A DNA stretch of 64,000 nt from Squalus acanthias (lineage: Eukaryota): positions 23,376,001 to 23,440,000 of the forward strand of contig CM059432.1 in NCBI GenBank assembly GCA_030390025.1. Direction: 5' to 3'. Both the position numbers and the translations under genes were made by a program. How positions within the stretch are numbered: the stretch's first letter is position 1; each line of letters begins with the position of its first letter. Shown in pieces: positions 14,301-29,300 of this stretch. The notes below the pieces were generated by a model that searched no databases, was not told the DNA's origin, and saw only the letters and a program-made list of their open reading frames with translations.

Positions 14301-17300
14301 GTATCAAGGGATATGGATCAAAGGCGGGTAAATGGAGTTGAGGTACAAATCAGCCATAATCTAATTAAAATGGCAGAACAGGCCCCAGGAGTTCAATTGC
14401 CTACTACTGTTCCTATGTTCACAGGTGCACAAGGAGGCCAGATCTATAGCAAAGCCAGGTGGTTGAAGATTTTACACTGACTTGGTATCAGAGGAACTAA
14501 GTCCCATCCCTTTATATTGAACTCACCAAAGCACAAGTGCAAACAAGATGCTTCAGTTTCATCTTAAACCAAATTACATGTGTTGCCAATGCTAGAAAAA
14601 CTTAGAAAACCTCTCTGTTTCTAGTCTTTAAGAAATCAGTCTGGTACTTTGGAATTACAAAGCTTGAAAGACTTACATCAACTCCAGCTCTTCCATCCAG
14701 CCCAGATGATCCTGGAAGCCCTGGAGATCCTGAAGAACCTGGCAAGCCGGGTGGACCTGGTAGACCTGGTGGACCTGGTGGACCTGGCTTTCCATAGTCG
14801 GGTCTTGGACCCCTGAATCCAAAATCAGGCTAAAGGAAAGGAAAAACATCAATGAGAATGAGTAAACTCCCATGCTTTTACAAGGAAGGTTTCTCTACAA
14901 TCTACCACAGCAAGTGTGCCACAATTGCACAGAAAGGCCTGCGCTTGGCCTATATTTGGGAAAATGGTGAACGTTGAACTTGAAGAAAAGGTAAAATGTC
15001 CTCATTTCCCCAATTAGAAGGTCGGTGTCTATTCCATGAGAGCCTTTGAGCTTTCCTTAAGAATTTGACCTTAATCTCCTTAAAAGCACATGAGGCACGC
15101 AATGTTTAAATCACCAGCACTCATTACAGCAAACAATTCCAAAATAAATCTCGAGCAGAATGCTTCTGAAGTTTGAGATAATAAAAATGGAAAGTTTGGT
15201 GAATTGTAGTGGTTACATTTTATTCATCTGTTGCTCACAGCTCAGTTTTGTCGAGATATTGTTCAACTGCATTCCAGTTGAAACAAACTAAATTTCACTG
15301 ATAATTTTTTTTCTAAACCAACGATAGATCATCAAAGTTTTCCCTAATCTCTGCCAGTAGTACTGAATAAGTACGAGGCGGGGATAATAAATTAAGCGTT
15401 ACTTCTAAAGTTCCTTTAGAATGGAACAATTTTTTTCAAAACTTTTGATACGAACGTATCTATTTTTATACCCCTGCAGAAAAGACATGCTCCACACCCA
15501 CGACTCCCCACACACTATAGGGAAGGAACTGATCTAAGTTGGTTCCCCAAAAGGAAAAGAAAATCAAGGGAAGATTCACTCTATAAAACTGTTACGCGGC
15601 TCCAAGAGCCTGTATACAGAGCAGCATTAGGAAGATGCCCGGGGATAGATTGGTTGCCTGCCTCCTTGAATGGAGATGGTGTAGGATACAGGGAAACTTT
15701 TACAGTTTCAGTCCAATACCAACCTGGAGAAGTCTTCACAAGCAAATACACATGGGGTGAAATCGGTCTTCAGGGGTAGCGCAAAATGGACGACAGCAAA
15801 TCAACAGCTTATTTTACACCTGCCCGATTTTCTTCCCATTGACGCCAGTAAATGGGGCGGGGCGTAAAACGGGCTGCTGATTCATTATCACCCGCTTTGC
15901 TCTACCGTCGAATACCAATTTCACCCCCATAGTGAACAGAGGAGTTAATTCCACCATTATTCACCGACTAACTTGTTTTTGAGGAAAACTACATTAAAGT
16001 AGAAGTATTTAAATTTTAACAGCATAGTTCAATTTTTAGCCCTTTTCTCCTTGATATAAAAAAGTGGCAAATTTTTATATATATATATATAAATTAAGGA
16101 CATAATAGATCCCAATCTCTTCTTTTTTCTTTTGGTGAATTTTAGGCTGGGACTTTCCGCTTCAGCGCTTCTGGTACAGGCTGGGAATGCTTATCAGGAA
16201 AATTCCACACCCTGAACAGCTAATTTTATGTACATTAAAATTAATGGTCAGAACATCACAGGCTGGCAGTGAATCAGTCCCTGAAATGTGCTGCCGGCCT
16301 GTGCCAAGTAACAACTAATTGGGCAAGGAGCTGAAGGAGTGCTGGTGCCTATGTGTCCATCCACACTAATGGTTCAGCAGCTTCAGGGGAGAAAGTTAGA
16401 AGACTGCAGAAAAAAAACCCAGCTTACAGCTTCTCGGCAGAAAATTGGGTCATTAAAAATTAAAGGGATTTTTCATCTTTGTCTAAAATTATCTTTTACT
16501 TTCTTTATGAAAATAGGTGATTGTTAAACAAAACTTTGTACCCCTCATGAAATTTCTACTGTAAATATGTAAAATAGAAATGAAATTAAAATTTTGCAGT
16601 CACTGGACACATTTCTTCAAACAGTTCAAACCATTTCATCCCAAACCTTTTACTCTACTCAGTGTACAGACAAGCATGCAACTACTTAAAGAGACAGCAC
16701 CTCACCTCTTGCTGGTCTTCTGCTGGATGTCAGCACTGTAGGTTGCATCACTTACACTAACTGGAAAGCTCCCGCACGAGATTTTAGGGAATGTTTTGCG
16801 TTGCACTGTATTTCTGTGTGTGTGCATACATGTGAATGTCCGAGTAGGCCTATCTCTTTATACATGGGTATCTGTGTCAATAAGTATGTCTGTATTCTGC
16901 GTGGCTGCATATTGATTTCATTGTATGTGTGTTTGTCTGCGACTGGGAGCCTCATACAGGTTTAACCCTGGCCGGTTGGGTTTCCCAGGCCTCAGGAAAC
17001 CCGACAGCTCAAGAGAGGCGAGGACAGCTTTGGGGAAAAGGTAAGTGCCTTTACAGCACCGTTTGTGGGCCAGAAGGAGCAGGAGTGCTTCCCCTGGCCC
17101 CCCCACCCCCCCCAAGCCTACCTCCTTCCCATGCTGGCTCCTCCCTCACCCCCGATCAGGGATCGGACCCCCCCGGGGTGGGGGTTCGCACCCCCCGGGA
17201 TTGAGGATCGGACCCCCCCTCCGGGGATGTGGAACGGACCCCCTCCCCCCGCCATGCTCCCACTAGCAGCTGCAGGCCCCTTACCTGCGGCTGCGGCTGC

Positions 17301-20300
17301 GGCCTGCTCCAGAGTGCTTCTCGACCGAAACTCCTCACCCCCCCCAACCACCACTTACCAAACCCGCCCCTGTTAATATCGCAGCCTATGTGTTTGTCTA
17401 TGCTGCTGTTTATTTGTGCCTCTTTGTTGACCTGTTTATATCTGTGTCTCTATCTGTCTGTTATTATATTATTGGGAATCAATGAACGCTGCCTTAGAAC
17501 AACCATAACCTGGAAGCTAAATAATATTAATGTAAATATATATGTATGTACAATAATTTATATACCCTTGACACAGGCATGCCACCTAACAGGTCCTTAC
17601 ACTGGAGGAGTGGGAACACAGGTTTAGGCCTATGAGGGGTGTGTTTTGGGACTGGTTGATGGCCTCTGTGCCTTCTTGTTGCTGCTCTCCAACAGCAAGT
17701 CAGAAGGCCTCCTGGCTGAAGGAGGGAGAGAGCGGGAACCAAGGTTCTCTGATGGCCTTGATGCAGGCAGTGGACAGGAGGAGCAACATCCTTTTTCCTC
17801 CAGGGTCAGGACGTCCTCCAGGCATCTGCTGAAAAGGCAGTGGGAGGACATCGCTCAGGACATCAATGCCAGCAGCATTGCCCCAAGAACATCGCTGCAA
17901 TGCAGAAAAAAAATTCAAGGATCTAACTAGAGTTGTAAAGGTAAGAAGTCTGATCTCATACTTTTTCATCGCAGCTGCACCAATCACAGTTTCATTAGTT
18001 ATAGCATTCACAACACTGCCCTCCTTCACTACCCTGTAATGTCCTGCAATCACTGCACCACATTCCACTGAACATTCTTTTCCTCATGCTTGCAGACTCA
18101 GCACTATTGACTTCACTTACCCACAACTCACATCACACACACTGTCAGCTATTCCACCATGACAGCCATGTTCTCCAAACACCTCACAAGACTCTCAATT
18201 AACACACATTAATCTTTCTTGTCGGAGAAGGTCGCACACAACAGCAAGCAAAAGGCTACCACCAGAGGAGGAAGAGCATGTCTGCAAACCAGCTCCCCTC
18301 TTGGAGAACGTCCTGGCAATAATGGGAAGGAGCAGAGAGGTCCTGGCCACTGGAGACGCTGGATGAGATAACCACACAGGGTTTATTTATACCTAATCCT
18401 CTTTGTTTCTTTTCACTTTTCCCTCACCCCAAACACTGCATGAAAAGTTGCATATGCATTCAACAGCCACTTCTTTCTCTCCGCTCTCCTCACACCACAA
18501 GAAAACCCTGCCTCCATTCTTTCATTTAAACTGCTGAGAATGTCGACACCCCTCAGCCAGTGGAGGAAGAGGAGCACCGTGTTGCTGAAGATGCACTGTC
18601 ACTTAATCTGACTCTCGCAAGCACCACCTCAGATACTGACACCATGCGGACTTTAGAGGCCAGATTAGACATCGAATGAGGATGTAATTGGGCTGATCTG
18701 GCATAGGCTCAACAATAGCTGTCAGAGCTGTCAGCAGAGATTCCATCATGATGGGCGCCATTGTCGTGTTCATGGAGCTGACCAGTCGGACAGAATGCTC
18801 GGCACAAAGCCTTGCAACAAGCTAAAACTGGACTCCTTCATGCCCTGAACTGTTGTGCGCAAGCTCACTGTCAGGGTACCCAGTGCAGCTAGCATTTCCC
18901 GGTGTATGCCCATCAGCCTTCTTCGGTAGCCTAGACCCTCGAAGCCAGCATCTGAGACCTCTGCGGGAAAGCAAGGAACTAAAGAGCAGAGGGATTTAGG
19001 GATCCATGTGCAGAAATCAATAAAAGCTAGTGGAAAGGTACAAAAAATAATTTAAAAGGTTAATGGAATTTTAGCATTTATCTCAAGGGGGCTGAAGAAC
19101 AAAGGGGTGGAAGTTATGCTACAGTTGTATAAAGCTCTGGTTCGACCACATCTGGAAAACTGCGTTCAGTTCTGGGCACAGCACCTCAGGAAGGATATAT
19201 TGGCCTTGGAGGGGGTGCGGTGCAGATTCAACAGAATGATCCCAGGGCTAAAAGAGTTAAATTATGAGGACAGGTTGCATAGACTAGGCTTGTATTCCCT
19301 TGAGTATAGAAGATTAAGGGGTGATCGAATTGAGGTGTGCAAGATGATTAAACGAGTTGATAGGGTTGATAGAGAGAAACCATTACCTCTGGTGGGGAAG
19401 TCCCGAACAAGGGGGCACAGCCTTAAAATTAGAGCTAGGCCATTCAGGGGTGATGTCAGGAAGCACTTCTTCACACAAACGGTCATGAAAATCTGGAACT
19501 CTTTCCCCAGAAAGTTATCGAGGCTAGGTGAATAGAAAATTTCTATTTGATAGATTTTTGTTAGATAAGGGATATGGAACCACGGCAGGTAAATGGAGTT
19601 GAGATACAGATCAGCCATGATCTAATTGAATGGCGGAATAGGGGCTGAATGGCCTACTCCTGTTCCTATGTTCCTATGTAATCTCGCCCTCCAGCGACCT
19701 GGTGCCCGTGGCATCCTATGCCCCTGTCCTAGCTCTTGTGCCCCAAGAAGATCCCTCCTCTCACCTAGACTCTGAAGTTTGCATGGTTACAATCCCTGAA
19801 CTGGTGCATGCTAGGGTCAGAACAAGGGAAGCTGCATCTTCAGGAAGGCTGGCATTCTCTTCCTGAAGTGGCAGAGGTATCTCCACATTTCCAGCACCTG
19901 AAATGAAAGAGTAGGACAAGGGTTAGCATTTAGTGTGAAGGCAGAACAGAGGAAAAAACGGCTAGTGAAAGCAGTTACAGATTGTCATGCATAGTGTGTC
20001 GGGAGAGATAGTAGTGAGAAGGGAAAAAGAAGATAAGGTATGATGAAACCCTGAGTGATGTCTCCTCCAGCAAGAACATGGCTCTCCCCCGCCTGTGATG
20101 GTCCACACATTTTCTTCCACAAGGGAGAGCGTGTGCAGGCGGGCGCGGCCTCCTCCAGTGGCAGCCTCCTGGTGTAGGTTGTGCGTGGCCTTCTCCTACA
20201 AGAAAGACGGAACTGTTTTAGTGACAGTCTTATAAGATGTTTAGAGTATGTGTCTGTCATGGTGGAATAGTTGGTATGCAGTGTGTAAGATGGGAGCTGC

Positions 20301-23300
20301 GGAGAAGCGAGGGCTGCAATAGTGGTGAGTATATGAGTATGAGGAGAAGGAACTGGAGTGAAGTGTGATGCAGTGATTGTAGGAGAGTGAAGGGACATGG
20401 AGGAGGGGAGTAGTAAGGCTGGAGGTGGTGGATGTGTGAGCAGAGACTAAGAGAGCAGTATTCTTAACTTGACAACTCTGATGGGGGTCATTGAACTTTA
20501 TCCGGCATTGCAGCCCTGTCCTGGAAGCTAAGCTCCTGGCATTGACCTCCTCAGCGACCTATTCTCACTGGCAGTGGAGGCTAACTGGAGGGCATTCTGC
20601 TCCCTGGGAGGCGGGAGGAACGACAGGATCTCCCTCCTCCTGTCCACCACCTGAACCAGGGCCTCCAATGTGGCACCGGAGAAGCTGGGTGCCCTGTCGA
20701 GACTCCTTCCAGCTATTTTAACCCTTTGACAATGTTTCCCTGCTGCCTGCAGCCAGAGTGCATTTCCTCTTTAAGAGGTGTTGGCTGCCTTTAAGTGGCG
20801 TCAAAGACGTCCAATTTCCCACTCAGCAAGGAGGCGTGCAGCCAATGAGTGGTGGCACTGGCTACATGGCGGAATCATTTTAATGAGGTCCCAGCACGAA
20901 CTTAACGCGCTGCCTCGGGCCATGCGAACAGGTTCGTGCAGCATTCCTCCCATTCCCTGCACACCCATTTTTAGGCGCGATCGAATTTCTGGGCCATTAT
21001 GTTTTAATCGCTCCATGGCCTCACCCCTCCCTATCCTCAGCCCCCCGCCACCTCCCAAACTCTCTGACTCTGGCCTCTTGTATATCCCTCCTCCCTCATC
21101 GCACCCATGGGGGCTGTGCCTTCTGCCGCTTGGGTCCCACTCTCTGAATTTCCTTCCCTAAATCGCCATCTCCCTCCCTCCCTTCACTAAATCCTACCTC
21201 TTTGACTAAGCTTTTGGTCAGCCTTCCTAATTTTTCATTCTGTGGCTTGGTGTCAATTTTTCCTCACACCTCTGGGAAGAACCTCGGGTTGTTTTTCTAT
21301 GTTAACGCCCTGGTTGATAATGCATCATGAAGAATTCCAAACAAAATAAGTTAAGTAAAACAACCGATCCCTCAGCACCATCACCATTTTCCTTCTCTGA
21401 ATTGAAACAGAGATAGTTTCAAAAATAAAAAAGTAACAAAAAGAGAGAGACCTGGGGCTGGATTTTCATAGGGCCGTGGAGGCGGGTTTGGAGGCGTGTG
21501 GGGGGTTAAAATTGCAAAAAGTGGCGGGCAGACCTGATCCCGCCTCCATGCAATTTTGATAAAATCGTGTGCGGTGTTCCCGACTCTGTCCCGCCTCCAA
21601 GAGGCGGGAGATGCCATTAAACCCCTTAACAAGCCCTAAATTGGCTCTGTAATGCCATTTTGAAACTTTTTAGCTAGTTTAACCCTTTTCTGATGTGAAG
21701 CACGCTTGATGTGAAACACGCCAGTGAAACCTGGCGGGAGCACAAGTGGATAGCTGACTATCAGCTGCAGGTCCACTATTACAATGGAGATGTGATGAAG
21801 GTAGTTGTAGTATTAGGTCTGAAAGTCGCCTCTGATGCTGCTGCATTGAATGTCTTCAGAGACTGCCTGGCCTTTGCTGTGAGAGGACCTGGATGCAAAC
21901 AAAACTCTCTCTCTCTCTGTGTCTGAGCTGCTGCTCATTTTGCATCCAGGTCCTCTCACAGCAAAGGCCAGGCAGTGTCTGAGACCAGGCAGTGTCTGAA
22001 AGCCTTCAATGCAGCAGCAATGATGACATCATCAGAGGCGACTTTCAGACTGAAACCACTAATTGGTTCATGGGTTCCCACATGCTGGAACTCAATTGCC
22101 CAATTAAGCGAAAATTGCATCAATCTCACACATCCAATTGCAGACGGGTGGATAACACGAAATGTGGATGACACGACCCCAACCCACCCCAGTATCAAAA
22201 TCCAGCCCCTGGAGTCTTAATTTTCTCTGATTGCACGTTGGTTAATGTATTCATGTAACATTACTTGGTGTGGTATTTTGCTACAATCCTTTTTTTAAAA
22301 ACCAGAGGAATTTTCAAAGAGATCGATAAAAGAGATACTGTCTCCTAAACCTAAACTATATTAAAATATAATTAATTAATGGCAGTTCTACAGCACATGC
22401 AGGCAACTAAACAAACTAGGTTTTCTAATAGGAATCGTACCAAAGTATTTGCATGCATTCTATTCTATAGATTCATGCGTAAATCGTGATGCTACTAAGA
22501 ACTTTATTTATCACACACTGGTTCTATAAGCTATTGAAACTGTCAATTGCATCCACTAGAATGAGTTACAGAATACCTCGGAATTAGGCATAATTCTCTG
22601 AGTGGGAGAAAAATTGGAAAAAGTAATGGTTAGCACAGTTGTAAAAGTGTGAAACACATTTACTTCTTGGGACAAAGATGAGAAAAATATACAAAGTACA
22701 GTGAGGTCAGGAACTGGGGGCGGTCAGCCATTTTGGAATCTGAATTCTATCTGACAAGCACATGTTTAACTGTAGGTAATCTGGCTTCTCCAATCCACCA
22801 ACAGGCTGAGTCAATGAATAGCTGAGCCATACCAGAGCAAGATGATCTCAGGTTCGATTCCCAGTGTATTCTGAGTTAGCTAACTGCATCCTCACTCAAC
22901 TATGGTTCCCACTGCGAATTGCTGTTCAGTGACCCATGCTGGGAACAGCATGTAAATGTTGATGTCAAGATCAGTTGCTATGTTTCTCCATGGTCTAATA
23001 TCTGATGTTCTGTGTCTTAGTGTGTGTACATGAAGAAAGGCCACTTGGGTGAAGTACTGGCAAACCACCAGCTCCTGTGGCGCTGTACTCCAGCATGAGT
23101 CAGTGGCTTCAGGAAAGGAGGGGGAGATAGAGGGGAAAGTGGAGGAGTCAGGGGTGGGGAAGTAAATGAAAGACAATGGGAGTTACACTGCTGCTGGCAA
23201 GAAGAGAAAGCATTAGAAGGCCACCTCTTGGAATAGTCTCACTTACACCAATATGGGTGCAGACTGGCTCATTAAACATTTCAGCCTGGCTCTGGTGCCA

Positions 23301-26300
23301 AAGGTGCAGTATAACAGCAGAATAAAATAACTTTAAAGTATTGAAACATGTAAGATTCTGAGGGGGGTTGACAGGGTGAATGCTGAGAGGATGTTTCCCC
23401 TAGTGGGGGTATCTAGAACTAGGGGGCATAGTTTCAGAATAAGGGGTCGCTCATTTAAGACGGAGATGAGGAATTTCTTCTCTCAGAGGGTCATGAATCT
23501 TTGGAATTCTCTGCCCCAGAGAGCTGTGGAGGCAGAGTCATTGAATATATTCTAGGCGGAGATTGACAGACATTTGAACTACAAGGGAGTCAAGGGGTAT
23601 GGGGAGAGAGCGGGAAAGTGGTGATGAGGCCAAGATTGGATCAGCCATGATCTTATTGAATGGTGGAGCAGGCTCGAGGGGCCGATTGGCCTACTCCTGC
23701 TCCTTATGTTCTTATTCTGAACAGGGAACTCCCTCAACAGCTCAGCTGTTAGATGCACTACCCAGTGTCAAACTGAGCCATACAGAGCAGGCACGTTTTA
23801 GACTCAACTCCATTCTGTGGCGAGGTTCCTGATCTCAAATGGTGCAATCATATTGGCACTACAATTTCTTCAGTGTCCCGGGGCTAAAGAAGATCAGAAA
23901 CAGTTGCTGTTTCTGATGGCTATCCAGTAATTTTTCCGTCTCCCTCCCGGCTAAAGTGTGTGTGGATATCAAGTGAGGGCAAAGTCAGAATGTCACCACT
24001 TAAGAACATAAGAACATTAGAAATAGGAGCAGGAGGAGTCCATTCGGCCCCTCGAGCCTGCTCCGCTAACCAATAAGATCATGGCTGATCTGATCTTGGC
24101 CTCAACTGCACTTCCCTGCCCGCTCCCCATAACCCTTGAATCCCCTGTAGCACATGGTTGAATACTTTGCTGACATTCACTATTCAGGCTCAAACAGGAT
24201 GAGTGGCCTCTTGGGTGAGGTGCCAGAGAGTAGTTGTTGCCCATGGACCCATGCTGTAACATCAGTGCCTTCAGGGGAGGGGGGAATAAAAATTAAAGAG
24301 GATTGTCCTGGTGTTTCTGTAAATGTTTTTCATTTCCTAAGATATACAAAACAACAGTGACTGCACTTCAAGAATAATTAATTGGCTGTAAGTCACTCTG
24401 GAAAGTCCTGAGGTCGTGAAAACTGCTAAATAAATTCAAGCTCTTTCTATATATACACAATATGTTACTGCTGTTGCTGTCTCCCTAATTTATATCTGGC
24501 CTTGTATTTGTTTTTCTTCTTTATATGTGATAAAGTCCAAAATAATAAAAATGTATTTAAAAAAATAAGGATGCAGAAGAGACAAAAATATTCTGAGGGG
24601 TACAAAATTATGGAATTGCTAGCAATGATGCATGCCCTCCAGTGGAGGACAGAAGCAATGTCCAATCAGCTGAACAGTCAGTGCCGGAATCATTCACAGG
24701 TATTTAGGGGGCAGTTTCGAATACCCAGAATTTGCTTCAGAAAGTTCAACAGAAGAGCTAAGGAACTGTCATAAATTAGGGGAGACAGGGAGACAGACAT
24801 GGGACAACAGGTAAGAAAGTGCGAGATGCACAGATCAACTTGAATTCCAAAGTCCATTCCCATCCTCATGAACAGGAAAGCATGAATTTTCAAATCCAAA
24901 TTCGGCTGAATTCCTGGGAACAGGAGCTTGGCAAAGCCAAATGACTTGCAGTCTCAGTTAATATTTAATAATACGAAGGGAAAATTTGAATTGAATGCAT
25001 AACTGAAGTTATGAAATAAAAACAATGTATTTTCCTCAGAAGTCCTACACATACACGACTGTAATATTTGGGACTTTATTAAAATCAGTGGTGAGGAGAT
25101 TCCCTAACGGCTCAGTTGATAAGTCCACTTCCCAGTGCGGAACGGATCCGGGTAGATCCCAGCAATGTTCCCTTTAATTTTTCTTGGGTGCACTGCCCCT
25201 TTATCAGGCTGCACAGCTCATTCAAATTTCCGCGCATGCGTGGTTTTTCCCCATTGTAAAGCCAGCAAGCGGCCTACGTGGGACCTCCAGAGCACTGCAC
25301 GGCCATGCAGCTTAACGGGAACATTGGATCCCAGGTTTAATGCCCCAGCCTCTGCTGCGTAGGTTAATCTTTGCCTGGCAGTAGATGAGATAATTGGTCT
25401 CTGTGTGCCTGGGATCATAATAAAGTGGCCAGGTTTCCTGATCCTGACTGGTATTCAATGCCCTCCTGTTGAAAGTGCACAAATGTGGATGTTGGGTGAG
25501 AATAGGGTACCGCTCATGATGCAATAGCTACTCATTATCTAGATTCACACATGAAGAATGCCTGCTTAGGTTGGCTGGTACCCACGGAACAGTCGGTGCC
25601 TTCAGATGCATGGGGAGAAAAAACTAGTGCTTGCCTTACATGCTGACACCGTGGAGGCATTCATGTCTTTGTATTTTCCTTGACAATTTTCTCCCATCCC
25701 CTCCTCTTCCTTTCCTATAGGTCCTTGCTGGGATATAGTTCACAGAGCAGTTATTGAACCAAGAGTTTGCTGGTCTGTATGGCAGTGCACTAATTGGCTG
25801 AGCTACTCGGGAAGCACCAGTCACATCCTTTAGATCCTGTCTCATTGATCATTAGTCTAGCAGAATGGGAAGACAAGTGGAAGATGGAATTTAATACAGA
25901 GAAGTGTGAGGTGATGGATTTTGCCAGAAGGAACAGAGAGAGGCAATATACACTTAATGGCACAGTTATAAAGAATGTGCAGGGACAGAGGGACCTGGGA
26001 GTTAATGTGCATAGGTCCCTGAAGGTGGCAGGACATATTGAGAGAGTGGTTAACAAAGCATATGGGATCTTGGGCTTCATAAATAGAGGTATTGAGTACA
26101 AAAGTAGAGAAGTTATGCTGAACCTTTATAAAGCACTGGTTAGGCCACAACTGGAGTATTGCATCCAGTTCTGGTCACCACACTTTAGGAAGGATGTGAA
26201 GGCCCTTGAGAGGGTGCAGAGGAGATTGACCAGAATGGTTCTGGGGATGGGGGATCTTAGCTACAAGGACAGGTTGGAGAAGCTGGATTTGTTTTCATTA

Positions 26301-29300
26301 GAGCAAAGGAGGTTGAGGGGTGATTTGATAGAGGTGTACAAGATTATGATGGGTTTGGATAGGCTAGATGGGGAAAGGCTGTTCCCACTAGTTGATGGTA
26401 CAAGGACTAGGGGACACAGATTTAAGGTTTTGGGCAAGAGGTACAGGAGGGATGTGAGGAAAAACTTTTTTTACACAGCGAGTGGTGAGGACCTGGAATT
26501 CGCCTTTGACGGAAGTGGTGGAAGTGGACTCAATGTTTTCAAGGGGAGACTGTATAGGTACTTGAGGGAAATAAATTTACAGGGGTACGGGGATAGAGTG
26601 GGGGAATGGGACTGACTGGATCGCACTGCAGAGAGCCGGCACGGACCCGATGGGCCGAATGGCCTCCTTCTGTGCCGTTATGACTCTAGTCACAGAGATG
26701 GCAACTGCAATATACGATCTGAAGGAAGGTACCTCCACCAGTGAAAAAGACCAGCTCATATCTACTGGATTCTTAGTGTGGACTCAATATCCTCACTAAT
26801 AAGTTATAACTTAGTTATGTAGATTTTCCACTGATTTTAAATAACGTGCGCCCAGTAACTACTTTATCCTAGTCGAAAAAATCCTGTCAGAACAACTTAA
26901 TGAACTGAATTATAACAAGAGTCATTATATTAAATCAATCCTACATATTAACGAAAGAGATATTCATATGCAGGCACAAATTAACATAACATATGGCTTA
27001 ACAGACATAGAGAAGAAAAGAAAGAAAGCAAGACTTGCATTTATATAGCGCCTTTCACGACCACCGGACGTCTCAAAGCGCTTTACAGCCAATGAAGTAC
27101 TTTTGAAGTGGAGTCACTGTTGTAATGTGGGAAATGCAGCAGCCAATTTGCGCACAGCAAGGTCCCACAAACAGCAATGTGATAATGACCAGTGAATCTG
27201 TTTATTTGTTATGTTGGTTGAGGGATAAATATTGGCCAGGACACCGGGATAGCTCCCCTACTCTTCTTCGAAATCGTGCCATGGGATCTTTTACGTCCAC
27301 CTGAGAGCAGACGGGACCTCGGTTTAATGTCTCATCCGAAAAAACACACCTCCGACAGTGCAGCACTCCCCTGGAGTGTCAGCCTAGCTTTATGTGTTCA
27401 AGTCCCTGGAGTGGGGCTTGAACCCACAACCTTCTGACTCAGAGGCGAGTGTGCCACCAACTGTGCCACAGCTGACAGCAGAGGTGGAGAGATACAAGTC
27501 TTATTGACACAGATATATTGTAAAGGAGGAAGGTCTTCAAAAATCAAAAGGAAAGTTCAGCCCATTCCGTTTGCTCTTGAAGTGAGGACTCGCAGTAGAT
27601 GACATGGACAGAAACATATGCTGACTTTTACCTCTACTTTGAACATCTAATATAAAATGTATTTTTTCATAAGCTTTCTCCTCTCCTGAAGGTGGTGACT
27701 CATATGGGGCTATGGCTCTCGTAAGTTTTTTTTATTGTAACCATTTTCAGTTACAACACATAGTCATACATTTATATTTTGCTACAGAAAATGTAGTTCA
27801 GTGGATACGATACAGATTGATAGGGAGTAAGCCCTTATAGGTCTATGGCTTGACAGACTACCTCACCCTAGTGATCACTCTTCATGTGGAGCCCAAGGCA
27901 GTGAGTGTTGCCAGGCCATTAAAGGATGTGAGCCATTATATTGAGTCTTAACCAATCCCCACACCTTACAAGAAGGTTTTAATGCCTCTAGTCCATCTGA
28001 AAAAACAACTGAACACAATTTAATAACAGACACTTTTCTATTGACGGAATAAAATTGAAGGGAATGTCATTCTCAGTACCATTCTCCTGCACTTCTCAGC
28101 ATTCAGCTTCAAAGAGGCACTGATGAAGGCCAGGGCCCCAGGAGATGCATGGTCTGAGGAAACCAAGGGTATTGAGAAGAAAGTACAGGGTTTTATAATC
28201 TCACCAAAAAGATTCTAAGTGCCAAATTGCAGACAATTGTGATTCAGAATGACTAGCAACACTAAAATTTCTTGTAATGTTGTGAAAAATGTAAGCTCCA
28301 TCTTGATTTAATCCATTTTATTTTTTTAATTGTGATTCTATAATGTGTTATGTGAATCCCAATCTAATTTAGTAAAACTTCAATCCAGAAATTATATGTG
28401 GTAATAACCTGCCCATATCCAATATATACTAATATAAGAAAGAGGAGGAAGGCAAACTGAGGAGAAAAAAGAAAGGGGCAAACTGAGAAGAAACACACAA
28501 AGAAAGTCAGTCAAAGAGAGGAGACACAAACTGCAGAGAAAGAAAGATAGACATGGCAGGTGGTGGTGGGGGGGCGGGGGGGGGGGTGGTGGGTGGTGCG
28601 GGAGAGAGACCAACAAATTGAGGGGAAAGAGATGCAGAAAGAAAGGAAAGGGACATATGCGTGGAGACAGATGGAACGAAAAAGTCAAACTCAAAGTGAC
28701 AGAAATGAAGGAAGAAAGCCAAAAAGCAGAGTAAGAGATACACACAGAGAGGAGAGAGAAAAACCACAGAGACAATGGGGAGAAGAGGAGAGAGAGAGAG
28801 GAATTGAGAGAGGGAGAGAAAGGACCAGCAGAGACAGACTAATAACTTCACAGAAAAAAGAGACAGACAGAGAGAGATCCAATTTACAGATGGCAACAGG
28901 GGCTGAGCATTTTTTTACCTGTTGTATGGATAACTCAGTGCAGGCCTCACGGTGCGCTCGTTGTGGATCGCAATGAATCAGCATCCACTGCAGCTCAAAC
29001 TAGAAGGAAAAAAGAACTGTTACAAATGAAACAAAAAGGGTAGAGCAGTCCTAATGTCCATTGTGACGTGTAAGATACCACTTTTTTTTTGTTTGTGCAT
29101 TCCCCACACAGTAACTTCCTGATGCGCGTCGTACTGATGGCGATGGGCATTGACCAGGTACCAGGTATTTCCTCAGATAGCAGAAAACACCTGCACTCCC
29201 GTCATCACAGATCACTCTCCCACACACAAACTCATTCCTAACAGTTCAGGAGTATCATTCCTAGAACATATCGCAGGGGCAGGTACGTACTATTTTTTTT

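Noticed and set aside
14673..14873. ORF-track peptide with VHQVHQ repeats
   Set aside because: Wrong reading frame of the collagen exon 14677-14829.
16918..17627. Cluster of Pro/Gly/Ala-rich ORFs
   Set aside because: GC-rich, stop-poor transposon interior with short internal repeats; no domain recognised.
27400..27476. tRNA gene
   Set aside because: A and B boxes belong to a SINE head continuous with the SINE body.
14830..28918. Internal alternative promoter/exon for a short NC4-less isoform, as in tetrapod COL9A1, or a tiny linker exon
   Set aside because: No convincing signal-peptide exon found by eye; a very small exon could have been missed.
28392..28984. Long ORFs on both strands
   Set aside because: Products of GA/CT low-complexity sequence, apart from the real exon 28919-28999.
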